DNA of 64,000 nt from a virus (Duplodnaviria > Caudoviricetes): IMG/VR virus record IMGVR_UViG_3300032050_000002. The stretch is one strand, 5' to 3'. Positions 29,932 to 38,967 of this stretch are shown in pieces; within the stretch, counting starts at the first letter, position 1, and each line of letters opens with the position of its first letter. The notes beneath the pieces were generated by a model. That model saw nothing but the letters and a program-made list of their open reading frames with translations, was not told where the DNA came from and did no database searches. A program made the position numbers and the translations under genes.

Positions 29932-30612
29932 TTAAATAGTTTCTCCTTCCATATCAAAATATTCCGAAGATACATTTATATACATACTTCCTCTATCACA
30001 TAAAGTAGGTGTATTCCAAATAATATCTGATATTGGATTTAATAACATATCGGTTTTGTCGTACAATAAATCAAACTCATCATTCATTTTATATAAAAGT
30101 TCTCTTATATCCTCGTTATCTAAAAAAACTTTATTTTGAACATCATAACAACTATCAATTGAAATTTGTGTCGATATTAAGATTTCATCACTATGCCTAA
30201 AATCAAAATCAAATTCAATAATCTCAACTTCAAAATCATAAAAACCAAGTTCGGTAAATCTTAAAGTAAAATGTCTAATTTGTCTTGACGTGGAATTTAA
30301 TCTCTCATTCATTTCATCACTAAAATAAGATACGTCAATAGATGAAAAATCCATTAATGTATTAAATGTGTGCCATAAATCGCTAAACGCGAACTTTGTT
30401 TTAGACGAAACAAATTTATTAAATAACTCAAACGAATCATAAACGAAGTCTTTAATTGCCGGTTTACTATATGATAAATCACTTGGATTTTCTAATGTCC
30501 ATAATATTTTATTATCATTTGAGTTTAAAGTTGGTATTAATTTAATACCTTCAAAATCAAGATAACCCGGTAAGTAACTATTAATATATAAGTTAATTAA
30601 TTTTGGACTCAT
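29932..30612 (-). CDS. Hypothetical protein
   Basis: ORF track; paralog of 27640. Confidence 0.7.
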   Translation of the reverse strand: MSPKLINLYINSYLPGYLDFEGIKLIPTLNSNDNKILWTLENPSDLSYSKPAIKDFVYDSFELFNKFVSSKTKFAFSDLWHTFNTLMDFSSIDVSYFSDEMNERLNSTSRQIRHFTLRFTELGFYDFEVEIIEFDFDFRHSDEILISTQISIDSCYDVQNKVFLDNEDIRELLYKMNDEFDLLYDKTDMLLNPISDIIWNTPTLCDRGSMYINVSSEYFDMEGETI

Positions 30613-31079
30613 TTAATTTTTTTAACACTATTATTATCTACTGTTTCATCATTTGTTTCAGAATCATATACATCATAATCAATTTCATCACCGTCATATA
30701 CGCTAATATCACCTTCATTAAGTATATTTCTAAATAATTCATAAACACTTGATTCATCATAACAACTAATTTCGTGTCTATAAGTTCTTCTAACGTATTC
30801 TGTTGAGTTAACATCAACTTCGATAGAATATAAACCCGCTTTAGGTCTAATTAATGGTATTTGAAAATCATTATCAATATTTTTTTTATATAATTCAAAT
30901 GCGAAATTATAATCGATATATGAATTATTACCGAGACCCATTGTTTTTAAAGCATCAAATGCTGCGGCATCAAAATCCTCAAACTCTGGCTCAGTTTCAC
31001 CATCTAATTCTCTCTGAATTTCTTTTAGTAATATAACTAAAATTTTATCATTAACTTTTTCTAAATTTGATTTTTCCAT
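30609..31079 (-). CDS. Hypothetical protein
   Basis: ORF track. Confidence 0.7.
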   Translation of the reverse strand: MEKSNLEKVNDKILVILLKEIQRELDGETEPEFEDFDAAAFDALKTMGLGNNSYIDYNFAFELYKKNIDNDFQIPLIRPKAGLYSIEVDVNSTEYVRRTYRHEISCYDESSVYELFRNILNEGDISVYDGDEIDYDVYDSETNDETVDNNSVKKIK

Positions 31080-31080
31080 A

Positions 31081-31467
31081 TTATTGTGAATATACGTTTT
31101 TAACTGGTTTACCGATTTTATTACTGAACCACTCAGGTGCTAAAGTATAGAAAATTGTCTCACCAAACATTAAAACTATTTTATTATAAATACTATTATC
31201 TAACTCAATTAACGGAAAATCTTTTAATTCATAGGTTTCTTCTTCCCACCCATAATCTTCCCATCTTGGATAATATACAAAAGATTCCATTACCGGTTCA
31301 TAATCAATATCTTCATCATCACCATAACCAAAGTTGGCAATAGGATAATATGCTAATGTATCCCCATCAGAATATCTTGACGCCATCTCAACATCTAGCT
31401 CTTCCATAGAATCCAAATAACTAAAAAATGCTGATTTTAGTTTATTTTCATTAATCAATAACTTCAT
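31081..31467 (-). CDS. INE-leader small protein
   Basis: MKLLINENKL. Confidence 0.75.
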   Translation of the reverse strand: MKLLINENKLKSAFFSYLDSMEELDVEMASRYSDGDTLAYYPIANFGYGDDEDIDYEPVMESFVYYPRWEDYGWEEETYELKDFPLIELDNSIYNKIVLMFGETIFYTLAPEWFSNKIGKPVKNVYSQ

Positions 31468-31933
31468 CTCTATTATATATATTTAAATTTATCGAATCAA
31501 AACCGGCATCCGAAATTATACTTCTATCAAATATATAATCATTCTCAATTATAATTCCAAAGTAAGGAGAGTACTGCGTTATATGTGTTGAAAAATCAAA
31601 ATCCTGAGTCTTTAAAAAATCTATTAATTGGTCGTAAACATCTAAATTAGTATGTTCATAAAATATTTGAAAATAATTATCAAATACACCAAAGTATAAC
31701 GCAGCATCAAAAAGCTCATCATCCGATGAAGACAATTTACCGATTAATTTAGAATATTCTAAATCATAGTTACTTGAATTCCCCCAAAATTTGGAATGGT
31801 CAACATTAACAACTAAAGTTATTGTATTTTCAGATATAAAAGTTTTTCTTATATCAGCAACTTCAACATCGACTAAATCTTTAAATACGATTTTAGATAT
31901 TAATTTAGTTAAACCTTTTTTATTATCGGACAT
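31451..31933 (-). CDS. Hypothetical protein
   Basis: ATATTTAT upstream on the minus strand. Confidence 0.7.
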   Translation of the reverse strand: MSDNKKGLTKLISKIVFKDLVDVEVADIRKTFISENTITLVVNVDHSKFWGNSSNYDLEYSKLIGKLSSSDDELFDAALYFGVFDNYFQIFYEHTNLDVYDQLIDFLKTQDFDFSTHITQYSPYFGIIIENDYIFDRSIISDAGFDSINLNIYNRDEVID

Positions 31934-31987
31934 AATAATAAATATTAATAATTTTGTAATATAGAAAATGTTTCTTATCTTTGTATC

Positions 31988-32488
31988 GTGATAGTTATGA
32001 ATATGACACTAGAACAACATTTTAAAAATTATACCAAAAATAATCCGAATAGTGAAATCACATTATTCGATTGGAAAGATTGGTTTGGAAATAGATTGAA
32101 AATTAATAAAAAATATATGGAAAACACACAGACAAAAATTGATTTTTTAAAATCAAAGGGATGGAAAAATTTAACAAAACAAGGAAATTGGGTTGATACA
32201 AACAAAGTATATACAATTCCTGACATCAAAGGAATTACATTAGAAGACGCTTACAACCACGTTAAGAACAACGAAGAAAAATATAGATTTGCAAAACCTG
32301 TATTGTCAAAGGTTATCATAAAAGAGAATGGAAAAGAGATAACAGGAGAAGTGGTTCAGAAAGTTATCCAATGCACAATGGACGGAATAATGTTTTTACA
32401 ATATGTAATTAAGTCTGAACAAGGGGTTCATATTAGAAACGAAAACGAATTTGAAGTTATTTTATCCCAAGAGTTAAATTACAATTAA
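31988..32488 (+). CDS. Hypothetical protein
   Basis: GTG 4 nt after TATCTTTG. Confidence 0.7.
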   Translation: MIVMNMTLEQHFKNYTKNNPNSEITLFDWKDWFGNRLKINKKYMENTQTKIDFLKSKGWKNLTKQGNWVDTNKVYTIPDIKGITLEDAYNHVKNNEEKYRFAKPVLSKVIIKENGKEITGEVVQKVIQCTMDGIMFLQYVIKSEQGVHIRNENEFEVILSQELNYN

Positions 32489-32506
32489 TTTTATTATCTT
32501 TGTATT

Positions 32507-33778
32507 GTGATTACAGAGAAACTAAAACAAATACCCAAATTTCCGGGTTGTTATCTATTCAAAGATGACAAAGACCAAATAATATATGTTGGGATGTCAA
32601 AGTTCTTACCAAAGAGGGTGACATCCTATTTCCAAAAAAATCACGATAACGAAAAAACAAAGTATCTTGTTGAACAGATAACTGATGTTGACTTTGTTAT
32701 TACTTCTTCTGAACAAGAGGCAATTCTAATGGAGGAAGAACTTATAAAGATATATAAACCAAAGTTTAATATCAAAGGTAAGGATGATAAATCAAGGAAA
32801 TGGTCGATTTGTTTAACTGATGAAAGATATCCAAGACTTGAGATTGTTAGAAACAAAACTAATGATTCGCCAAGTCTTGACTTCACCAGTGGTTTTCTAT
32901 GTAGAGAGGTGTTTAATCTTATTCACGATATTGTTGAACTAAGAACCTGTTCGTATGAATTATCTGAGAAAAACATTGAAGAAAGTAAAATCAAACCTTG
33001 TCTTGAATTACAAATGAAAAGGTGTTTAGGTCCTTGTAATGGTGATATAACAGAACTATTATACAAATCAAAGATACTAATTGTAAAACAAATCTTTGAA
33101 CTTAATATCGATTCTGTTAAAAAAGGTATGGTAAAAACAATGAAGTATTTTGCCGATACTATGGAATACGAGAAGGCAAATGATATTAAAGTTAGAATGG
33201 AATATCTTAAAACTCTTGAAACAAAGTTAGAAACAATTAGGATAAGAAAATCAAACAAAAAAGCATTTGAACTTAAAAAACTATTGGGGCTTAACTTTAT
33301 TCCAAATATCATTGAAGCGTTTGATAACTCACATAATCAGGGCGATTCTAATGTTGCTGCTTCAGTTAGGTTTGTAAACGGAATACCAAACAAAAGTGAT
33401 TATAGAAAATATAATATCAAAAGTTTTACCGGTGTAGATGACTACGCGTCCTTTGATGAGGTATTAACAAGAAGGTTTAAAAGATTAATTGAAGAGAAAG
33501 GACAACTACCAAACCTGGTATTAATTGATGGTGGAAAAGGACAACTAAATGTTGCAAAGAAAGTATTTGATGAACTTGGATTAACTGATAAGATTGATTT
33601 AATATCGGTGTCAAAAGATGACAATCATAAATCATCCATAATACATACAACAAATGGTAAAACTTATAGTATATTGAGTAATACTAATTATAGTTTGTTA
33701 GGAAAGGTTCAAGAAGAGGTTCACAGGTTTGCGATTAACTTCCACAGAAAAAAAGAAAGTAAAAAGATTTTTTTATGA
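32507..33778 (+). CDS. uvrC: UvrC-like endonuclease (GIY-YIG plus RNase H-like, no HhH tail)
   Basis: PGCYLF..IIYVGMSK.L..RV.SYF; IEAFDNSH; IDGGKGQL; EEVHRFAI.FHR. Confidence 0.88.
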   Translation: MITEKLKQIPKFPGCYLFKDDKDQIIYVGMSKFLPKRVTSYFQKNHDNEKTKYLVEQITDVDFVITSSEQEAILMEEELIKIYKPKFNIKGKDDKSRKWSICLTDERYPRLEIVRNKTNDSPSLDFTSGFLCREVFNLIHDIVELRTCSYELSEKNIEESKIKPCLELQMKRCLGPCNGDITELLYKSKILIVKQIFELNIDSVKKGMVKTMKYFADTMEYEKANDIKVRMEYLKTLETKLETIRIRKSNKKAFELKKLLGLNFIPNIIEAFDNSHNQGDSNVAASVRFVNGIPNKSDYRKYNIKSFTGVDDYASFDEVLTRRFKRLIEEKGQLPNLVLIDGGKGQLNVAKKVFDELGLTDKIDLISVSKDDNHKSSIIHTTNGKTYSILSNTNYSLLGKVQEEVHRFAINFHRKKESKKIFL

Positions 33779-33803
33779 GAAAATAATTTCGTATCTTTGT
33801 ATT

Positions 33804-34025
33804 ATGAAATCAATATATAAATACTACATATATTCCATAGTGGATATAGTTCAATTAATGGTCTTTTTAAAATTATCATATTTGAAATTTTTAAATGGAG
33901 AAACTGCAATGTTCTCGGTGTGGTTCATATTATTTGTTATGAATCTAAATGAGATGGTTACTAAAGGTAGAAACTTTAGAAAATACTACCCTTACTTTGA
34001 AGACAAATGGTTATACATATTCTAA
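33804..34025 (+). CDS. Small membrane protein
   Basis: Hydrophobic; ATG 4 nt after TATCTTTG. Confidence 0.65.
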   Translation: MKSIYKYYIYSIVDIVQLMVFLKLSYLKFLNGETAMFSVWFILFVMNLNEMVTKGRNFRKYYPYFEDKWLYIF

Positions 34026-34028
34026 ACA

Positions 34029-34238
34029 ATGGAAAGAGAAATTGAATTTAAAGAAGTCTTTGAACAGATGTGCGAAACATTCAAAGAAATTGGGTATGTC
34101 AACGGAGACATATCTGATGTTGGAAACGAAATTGGTTTTGCCTTAGGAAAAGTATTACCAAACCTGACAGAAGAAGAGATGAAAGTATTCATATTTGGAA
34201 TTAAACACGGAATATCATTAACAAACGGAACACATTAA
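34029..34238 (+). CDS. Hypothetical protein
   Basis: ORF track. Confidence 0.7.
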   Translation: MEREIEFKEVFEQMCETFKEIGYVNGDISDVGNEIGFALGKVLPNLTEEEMKVFIFGIKHGISLTNGTH

Positions 34239-34240
34239 CT

Positions 34241-34489
34241 ATGGGAAAAATAATTTTAGAATTTGACAGTGTAGAAGAATCTCAAGACGCAAGGGTTGCG
34301 TTAGATGCGATGAAATGGAAAATGGCGATTTGGGATTTAGACCAAGAATTACGAAGTACGGTAAAGTATGAGAAATCTTTATTAAGTCACGATGGTAAGG
34401 CAACCGATGTTGAAATTGAGATTGCAGATAAACTGAGAGAAAAGATTAGAGAGATATTAGAAGGGTATCAACTCAATATTGAAATGTAA
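34241..34489 (+). CDS. Hypothetical protein
   Basis: ORF track. Confidence 0.7.
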   Translation: MGKIILEFDSVEESQDARVALDAMKWKMAIWDLDQELRSTVKYEKSLLSHDGKATDVEIEIADKLREKIREILEGYQLNIEM

Positions 34490-34510
34490 ACATAAATAAA
34501 AAAAAGAAAA

Positions 34511-34960
34511 ATGAAAAAGTTAGTATTATTAGCGGGAGTTGTATCAACATTGTTATTAACAAGTTGTTCAGAGAATTATTCAAACGGTGAAAGAATTGGT
34601 GTTATCACACAATTCTCAGAAACAGGTTTGGTTTGGAAAAGTTGGGAATGTCACTTAAACACAACCCAAAGTGGGATGAATAGTTCAATACCTTTTGACG
34701 CATCAATTGATAACGATAATCCAAACGAAGAGGTGATTAAAACACTTGACTCGGCGGCTCAATATGGATGGAAGGTTAAACTTGTATACCACGAAGTAGC
34801 TGGTTTTAATTGGTTCGGTAACAGGGGTGAGACAAATCACTTTATCAATAAGGTTGAGGTATTGGAAAAAAACTTTGCCAACAATTTTACAAAAAATGAA
34901 CCAAAAGTTACAGGAAGAGTTATTGATACAATATACGTTGTGATTGATAGAACAAAATAA
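34511..34960 (+). CDS. Lipoprotein
   Basis: MKKLVLLAGVVSTLLLTSC lipobox. Confidence 0.75.
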   Translation: MKKLVLLAGVVSTLLLTSCSENYSNGERIGVITQFSETGLVWKSWECHLNTTQSGMNSSIPFDASIDNDNPNEEVIKTLDSAAQYGWKVKLVYHEVAGFNWFGNRGETNHFINKVEVLEKNFANNFTKNEPKVTGRVIDTIYVVIDRTK

Positions 34961-34997
34961 TTTTGGTAGATTCAAAATTAAATTGTATCTTTGTATT

Positions 34998-35402
34998 ATG
35001 AAAAATGAATTTATAACATATGAACAAGCGGTGGCTCTTAAAGAGTTAGGTTTTGATGAAAGATGTTTTGGACACTATAATCCAAATGGTGTATTCTTTT
35101 GGAAGATTCTATGTTCAGACGAAGACAATGACCATACATTATCAGTTAAAGATATTATGGAACACGTTGCTGACGGTTATGTTGAAGCACCGCTCTATCA
35201 ACAAGCATTGAAATTTTTAAGGTATAATAATAAATACAGATTTTATATAATACCTTGTAGTCAAAACAAAAAACATCTATTTGAAATAACATTACCTTCA
35301 AGTATTGTATATACGACCATAGATGAACATGCTTATGATACTTACGAAGAAGCTGAGAGAGATTTATTGGATAAATTAATTGAAATAATAAAAAACAAAT
35401 AA
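34998..35402 (+). CDS. Hypothetical protein
   Basis: ATG 4 nt after TATCTTTG. Confidence 0.75.
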   Translation: MKNEFITYEQAVALKELGFDERCFGHYNPNGVFFWKILCSDEDNDHTLSVKDIMEHVADGYVEAPLYQQALKFLRYNNKYRFYIIPCSQNKKHLFEITLPSSIVYTTIDEHAYDTYEEAERDLLDKLIEIIKNK

Positions 35403-35403
35403 T

Positions 35404-35604
35404 ATGAAACCAAAAATAGGTGATAAAATAATGGTTAAAACCAAACTTGATGGAGAAAAACTTTGTGAAATTGATTGGTTTGATGATAAAAAAATACATT
35501 TTAAGAATAAAAGTAATTTTGGCATGACTGTAAATTCTGATAGAGTTATATACACGAATAACTCTTTGAGAGGTGCTAATTTTATTTACACAAGTTTCAA
35601 CTAA
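35404..35604 (+). CDS. Hypothetical protein
   Basis: ORF track. Confidence 0.65.
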   Translation: MKPKIGDKIMVKTKLDGEKLCEIDWFDDKKIHFKNKSNFGMTVNSDRVIYTNNSLRGANFIYTSFN

Positions 35605-35616
35605 AACAAATAAAAA

Positions 35617-35727
35617 ATGTTTGATATACCAGAGCCACCAAATGGTAAAAATAATGGTCTTATTATGATAATTTGGTTTATTTTTGTGACATTGATTATC
35701 ACTATGTTTATCACATCATTAAATTAA
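35617..35727 (+). CDS. 36-aa single-pass membrane peptide (not in ORF track)
   Basis: MFDIPEPPNGKNNGLIMIIWFIFVTLIITMFITSLN, translated by hand. Confidence 0.55.
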   Translation: MFDIPEPPNGKNNGLIMIIWFIFVTLIITMFITSLN

Positions 35728-35764
35728 ATTTGGCAGATTCAAAATAATTTCGTATCTTTGTATT

Positions 35765-36442
35765 ATGAAAATTTGGCACATATCCGACACACATACATTC
35801 CACGGGTTATTAACAATACCTGAAAACATCGATATGGTTATCCATAGTGGTGACGTTAGTAACCCCCAAAATCAGTATCTAAACAAACCTGAAGTTGAGA
35901 ACTTCATCTATTGGTTCAGTAAGTTACCTATCAAATATAAAGTGTTTGTTGCGGGTAATCACGATACATCTATTGAAAAGAAACTAATAAACAAGATGGA
36001 TTTCGAGTCCAACGGTATTACCTATTTGGAAAATGATTTTGTTGAGATAGAAGGTCTTAAAATTTGGGGTTCACCAATAACTCCAACATTTGGAACAGGT
36101 TGGGCATTTAACAAAAATCGGGCAAAGACTCACGAAGTTTGGGCAAAGATTCCTGATGGAACTGACATTGTTGTTACTCACGGTCCTCCAAAAGGTGTGT
36201 TGGATTTATCTTATGATAGACTGAATCAATTGGAATTTTGTGGTGATAATTCTTTAAAAAAGAAAATGTTATCTTTAAATCCAAAGTTAGTTTGTTTCGG
36301 ACACATCCATAACTGTGAAGATATTATAAACGCTGGAACAATGAAACTATCTGTAAGTGATACCATATATAGTAATGGTAGTGTTGTTACCGATGGTAAG
36401 TTTGGTAAGTTAAGTAGTAATGGTAATGTATTTGAGATATGA
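35765..36442 (+). CDS. Metallophosphoesterase (calcineurin-like)
   Basis: ISDTH, HSGD, AGNHD, THGPP, GHIH. Confidence 0.9.
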   Translation: MKIWHISDTHTFHGLLTIPENIDMVIHSGDVSNPQNQYLNKPEVENFIYWFSKLPIKYKVFVAGNHDTSIEKKLINKMDFESNGITYLENDFVEIEGLKIWGSPITPTFGTGWAFNKNRAKTHEVWAKIPDGTDIVVTHGPPKGVLDLSYDRLNQLEFCGDNSLKKKMLSLNPKLVCFGHIHNCEDIINAGTMKLSVSDTIYSNGSVVTDGKFGKLSSNGNVFEI

Positions 36443-36466
36443 AATACAAAGATAAAACAAGAAAAT

Positions 36467-36820
36467 ATGAACTACAATAACATTATTATTGATTTCTTTA
36501 CTGGAATGAGAGGAATTCATGATTTATTTGAATCTATATATGAAGGATTATATGGTGGTGTTCAACGATATAAGGTAGAACCAAATGAAGGTATCTTTGA
36601 TAAAGATTTCTTAATAAAATTTATTAAGATAAATCAAGGTAATAATGATTTTGATTATGAACTTGGTAGAATTGGTTATAGATTTCTAACTTCAAATGAA
36701 GGGTTAAAAGAATTATCAAAATTCTACTTGAACGAGTTAAAAACATATAAACATGAATATGTATCAACTGAAGTTATTGAAAATTGTAAGAAATCGTTAA
36801 TTAATATAATAAACACATAA
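36467..36820 (+). CDS. Hypothetical protein
   Basis: ORF track. Confidence 0.7.
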   Translation: MNYNNIIIDFFTGMRGIHDLFESIYEGLYGGVQRYKVEPNEGIFDKDFLIKFIKINQGNNDFDYELGRIGYRFLTSNEGLKELSKFYLNELKTYKHEYVSTEVIENCKKSLINIINT

Positions 36821-36857
36821 TTTTAATTTTTTAAGAAGGGTGGTAAATTTTTATTGT

Positions 36858-36911
36858 ATATAACGTCTGATGATAAACAATCGTTTTAATGTTGTTTATC
36901 ATTTGTTATAT
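36858..36911. mobile_element. attC-like site 1
   Basis: ATATAAC-GTCTG-ATGATAAACAA...TTGTTTATCAT-TT-GTTATAT; near-identical core to site 4. Confidence 0.65.
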
Positions 36912-36935
36912 GAATGTAAATTAAAATTTGAAAAT

Positions 36936-37205
36936 ATGAGTAATATAGGTAGAATAATAAAAAATGGCTATTGTAATGGTTTCTTTGGGCGAGATTATGA
37001 TTTTCATAATTCTGTAATCATTGCTGAGGGAGATGAATACATTGTTATTAGAAAAGAAAATGGTATTGTTGAATTTGGTAATCTTCAATCTTGGGACTGG
37101 AATAGAAATGATGATGGAACTTTATCATATGGGATTTCTAATTTACAATGTATGAGTAGAGAAAAGAAACAAGAACTAATTGATAGTTGGTGTGGAGAAT
37201 TTTAA
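36936..37205 (+). CDS. Cassette A hypothetical protein
   Basis: Lies between GTTATATGAA (36905) and its complement TTCATATAAC (37211). Confidence 0.7.
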   Translation: MSNIGRIIKNGYCNGFFGRDYDFHNSVIIAEGDEYIVIRKENGIVEFGNLQSWDWNRNDDGTLSYGISNLQCMSREKKQELIDSWCGEF

Positions 37206-37213
37206 TTTATTTC

Positions 37214-37308
37214 ATATAACGTTTTGCGTATATGCGAGGTACGCCAAACAATAAACTTAAATATTTGTAAACCGCTTCGTGGCGTATCTTGCATATACGC
37301 TGTTAGGC
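37214..37308. mobile_element. attC-like site 2
   Basis: ATATAAC-GTTTT-21-bp imperfect stem...T-GTTAGGC. Confidence 0.65.
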
Positions 37309-37323
37309 ACAGTTGTTTTAATT

Positions 37324-37533
37324 ATGACAAAATTCGATAACGGTTTTATTCTTTCAACCGATGAACTGAAAGAATTGCTTGAAAAAGCGTTTAGTAATGG
37401 TGCTTTATCTCACGCTAAATGGGATGGACAAAGAGATACTTGTTGGTCAAATGTTAATGAAGATATGAAAGAAGAAGTTTCAGTAATTCTTTCTGACCTT
37501 AACAGTAAGGTGGTCACTAACAATTGTGCCTAA
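37324..37533 (+). CDS. Cassette B hypothetical protein
   Basis: Stop codon lies inside GCCTAAC; flanked by GTTAGGCACA / TGTGCCTAAC. Confidence 0.7.
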   Translation: MTKFDNGFILSTDELKELLEKAFSNGALSHAKWDGQRDTCWSNVNEDMKEEVSVILSDLNSKVVTNNCA

Positions 37534-37668
37534 CTATTACAGATATATTTAGGTTTTCTGATATTTATATATAAAATAAAATTATGAGCAAAGAAATGAG
37601 AAAATACATAGACACTTTCAAACAGAGACTAACTGAATCAGAAAACTTGAATATATCTGATGTTAGTG
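37528..37668. mobile_element. attC-like site 3 containing ATATTTAT motif, ATG and leader-peptide coding sequence
   Basis: GCCTAAC-TATTA-23-bp stem (CAGATATATTTAGGTTTTCTGAT / ATCAGAAAACTTGAATATATCTG)-AT-GTTAGTG. Confidence 0.65.
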
Positions 37669-37871
37669 ATAGTAATCAATTCAAAGTAGGGGATAAAGTT
37701 ATAAAAAACGAAGAAACTTGGGAACCAAATGATTTTGATAGTTGGGGAAGAGGAATTGGTGTGGGAATTATAGTTGAGCCTCCTTTTGAAATGGATGAAG
37801 GTGAAGTTGATGTAAGATGGCCTAATGGTAGAAGTTTTGAATTCACACACCAATTACGAAAGGTGAATTGA
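37584..37871 (+). CDS. Leader (from attC-like site 3) fused to cassette C protein (SH3/KOW-like small domain)
   Basis: MSKEMRKYIDTFKQRLTESENLNISDV | SDSNQFKVGDKV...VRWPNG; junction at GTT 37662. Confidence 0.7.
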   Translation: MSKEMRKYIDTFKQRLTESENLNISDVSDSNQFKVGDKVIKNEETWEPNDFDSWGRGIGVGIIVEPPFEMDEGEVDVRWPNGRSFEFTHQLRKVN

Positions 37872-37878
37872 TTATTAT

Positions 37879-37932
37879 CACTAACGTCCGATGATAAACA
37901 ATCGTTTTAATGTTGTTTATCATTTGTTAGGT
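37879..37932. mobile_element. attC-like site 4
   Basis: CACTAAC-GTCCG-ATGATAAACAA...TTGTTTATCAT-TT-GTTAGGT. Confidence 0.65.
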
Positions 37933-37989
37933 TTAGTTAAATTATTGTTTTACGAATGAAAAAAACAGATTATTACGAAATTTATATTT

Positions 37990-38020
37990 AAAACCTGAAA
38001 TAATTTTTCAGGTTTTTTTT
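37990..38020 (+). terminator. Intrinsic terminator after cassette array
   Basis: AAAACCTGAAA-TAATT-TTTCAGGTTTT plus T-run. Confidence 0.75.
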
Positions 38021-38053
38021 GTTTAATTCAAATTAATTTTGTATCTTTGTATT

Positions 38054-38698
38054 ATGGAAACCGATAAAAAGACATATAATAAAGAGATTGATGAGGCGGT
38101 TGAACGTGTTAACAACGGTCAGTTTGTATCAAATGAAGAAGTTATGAAAGAGATTGATGAATTGTTTGTTAAACCGGTAATCTTCCTCGACCACGATGGT
38201 GTCATCTGCCTTTCAACGGAATGGGGTTCTCGTTTCAAAAATAAAGAAGGATTGGACTCTGTATTTGACCGATTTAATGATAAAGCGATTAAGGTATTAA
38301 ATCAGATTATTGAAGAAACAGATTGTGAAATTGTTATTAGTTCGGATTGGCGTTTTCACGCACCATTAGAACAGATGCAAGAACTTTATCGTATTCGTGG
38401 AGTTAAGAAAGTTCCGATTGATTATACCACAACTGGTTTAGATTGGAAACAATTTATGACTATAACACCAAATAATGAACTTGAAGCAACACGTAGTTTT
38501 GAGATTTTAAATTGGTTGGAGGCACATCCCGATGTTACAAAGTGGGTTGCGGTTGATGATTTGAATATGAAGGAACAATACGGTGGTATCGATGGAAACT
38601 ATAAATATGGTTTAACAAACTTTGTTCATACTCCCCGTTCAAAAGAAGGTATTAAACAATCAGGAGTCAAAGAAAAGATAATTAAGTTTTTAAAATAA
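38054..38698 (+). CDS. HAD-superfamily protein (HAD_SAK_2 / RNA-repair type)
   Basis: IFLDHDGVI, IVISSDWR, WVAVDDL. Confidence 0.75.
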   Translation: METDKKTYNKEIDEAVERVNNGQFVSNEEVMKEIDELFVKPVIFLDHDGVICLSTEWGSRFKNKEGLDSVFDRFNDKAIKVLNQIIEETDCEIVISSDWRFHAPLEQMQELYRIRGVKKVPIDYTTTGLDWKQFMTITPNNELEATRSFEILNWLEAHPDVTKWVAVDDLNMKEQYGGIDGNYKYGLTNFVHTPRSKEGIKQSGVKEKIIKFLK

Positions 38699-38745
38699 TT
38701 TGGTAAATTAAAGAAGATTTTGTATCTTTGTATTGTTCTTTGAAA
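38699..38745 (+). promoter_or_regulatory. Host-type promoter plus boxA-like element for the RNA cluster
   Basis: TTTG-N20-TATCTTTG then GTTCTTTGAAA; no ORF follows. Confidence 0.6.
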
Positions 38746-38840
38746 GATTTATTGTGTTGTTCCCTTGAGAAAGGAAGTGCATTACCAGTAGAGGAATCAA
38801 GTTGTGCTCTACCAACACAGAGGACTTCTCACCCTCAAAT

Positions 38841-38967
38841 AGTCAGGTGACATTTGGTGTCATTAGTGTGGGAATGAATGTATACGACTGTCAAGTCAGT
38901 GACGTAACTGGCCAAATCCTACTACGGGTAGTATACGGCTAAACAGGTTCGAATCCTGTCCTGACTA
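38841..38967 (+). ncRNA. tRNA-scaffold RNA 1
   Basis: AGTCAGG/CCTGACT acceptor stem, short D hairpin, ACAGG-TTCGAAT-CCTGT T-arm, A73; multibranch insert in place of anticodon arm. Confidence 0.75.

Noticed and set aside
36467-36857. Gene 36467-36820 as an additional cassette
   Set aside because: No upstream GTTATATAC-like site complementary to the left end of attC-like site 1 was found.
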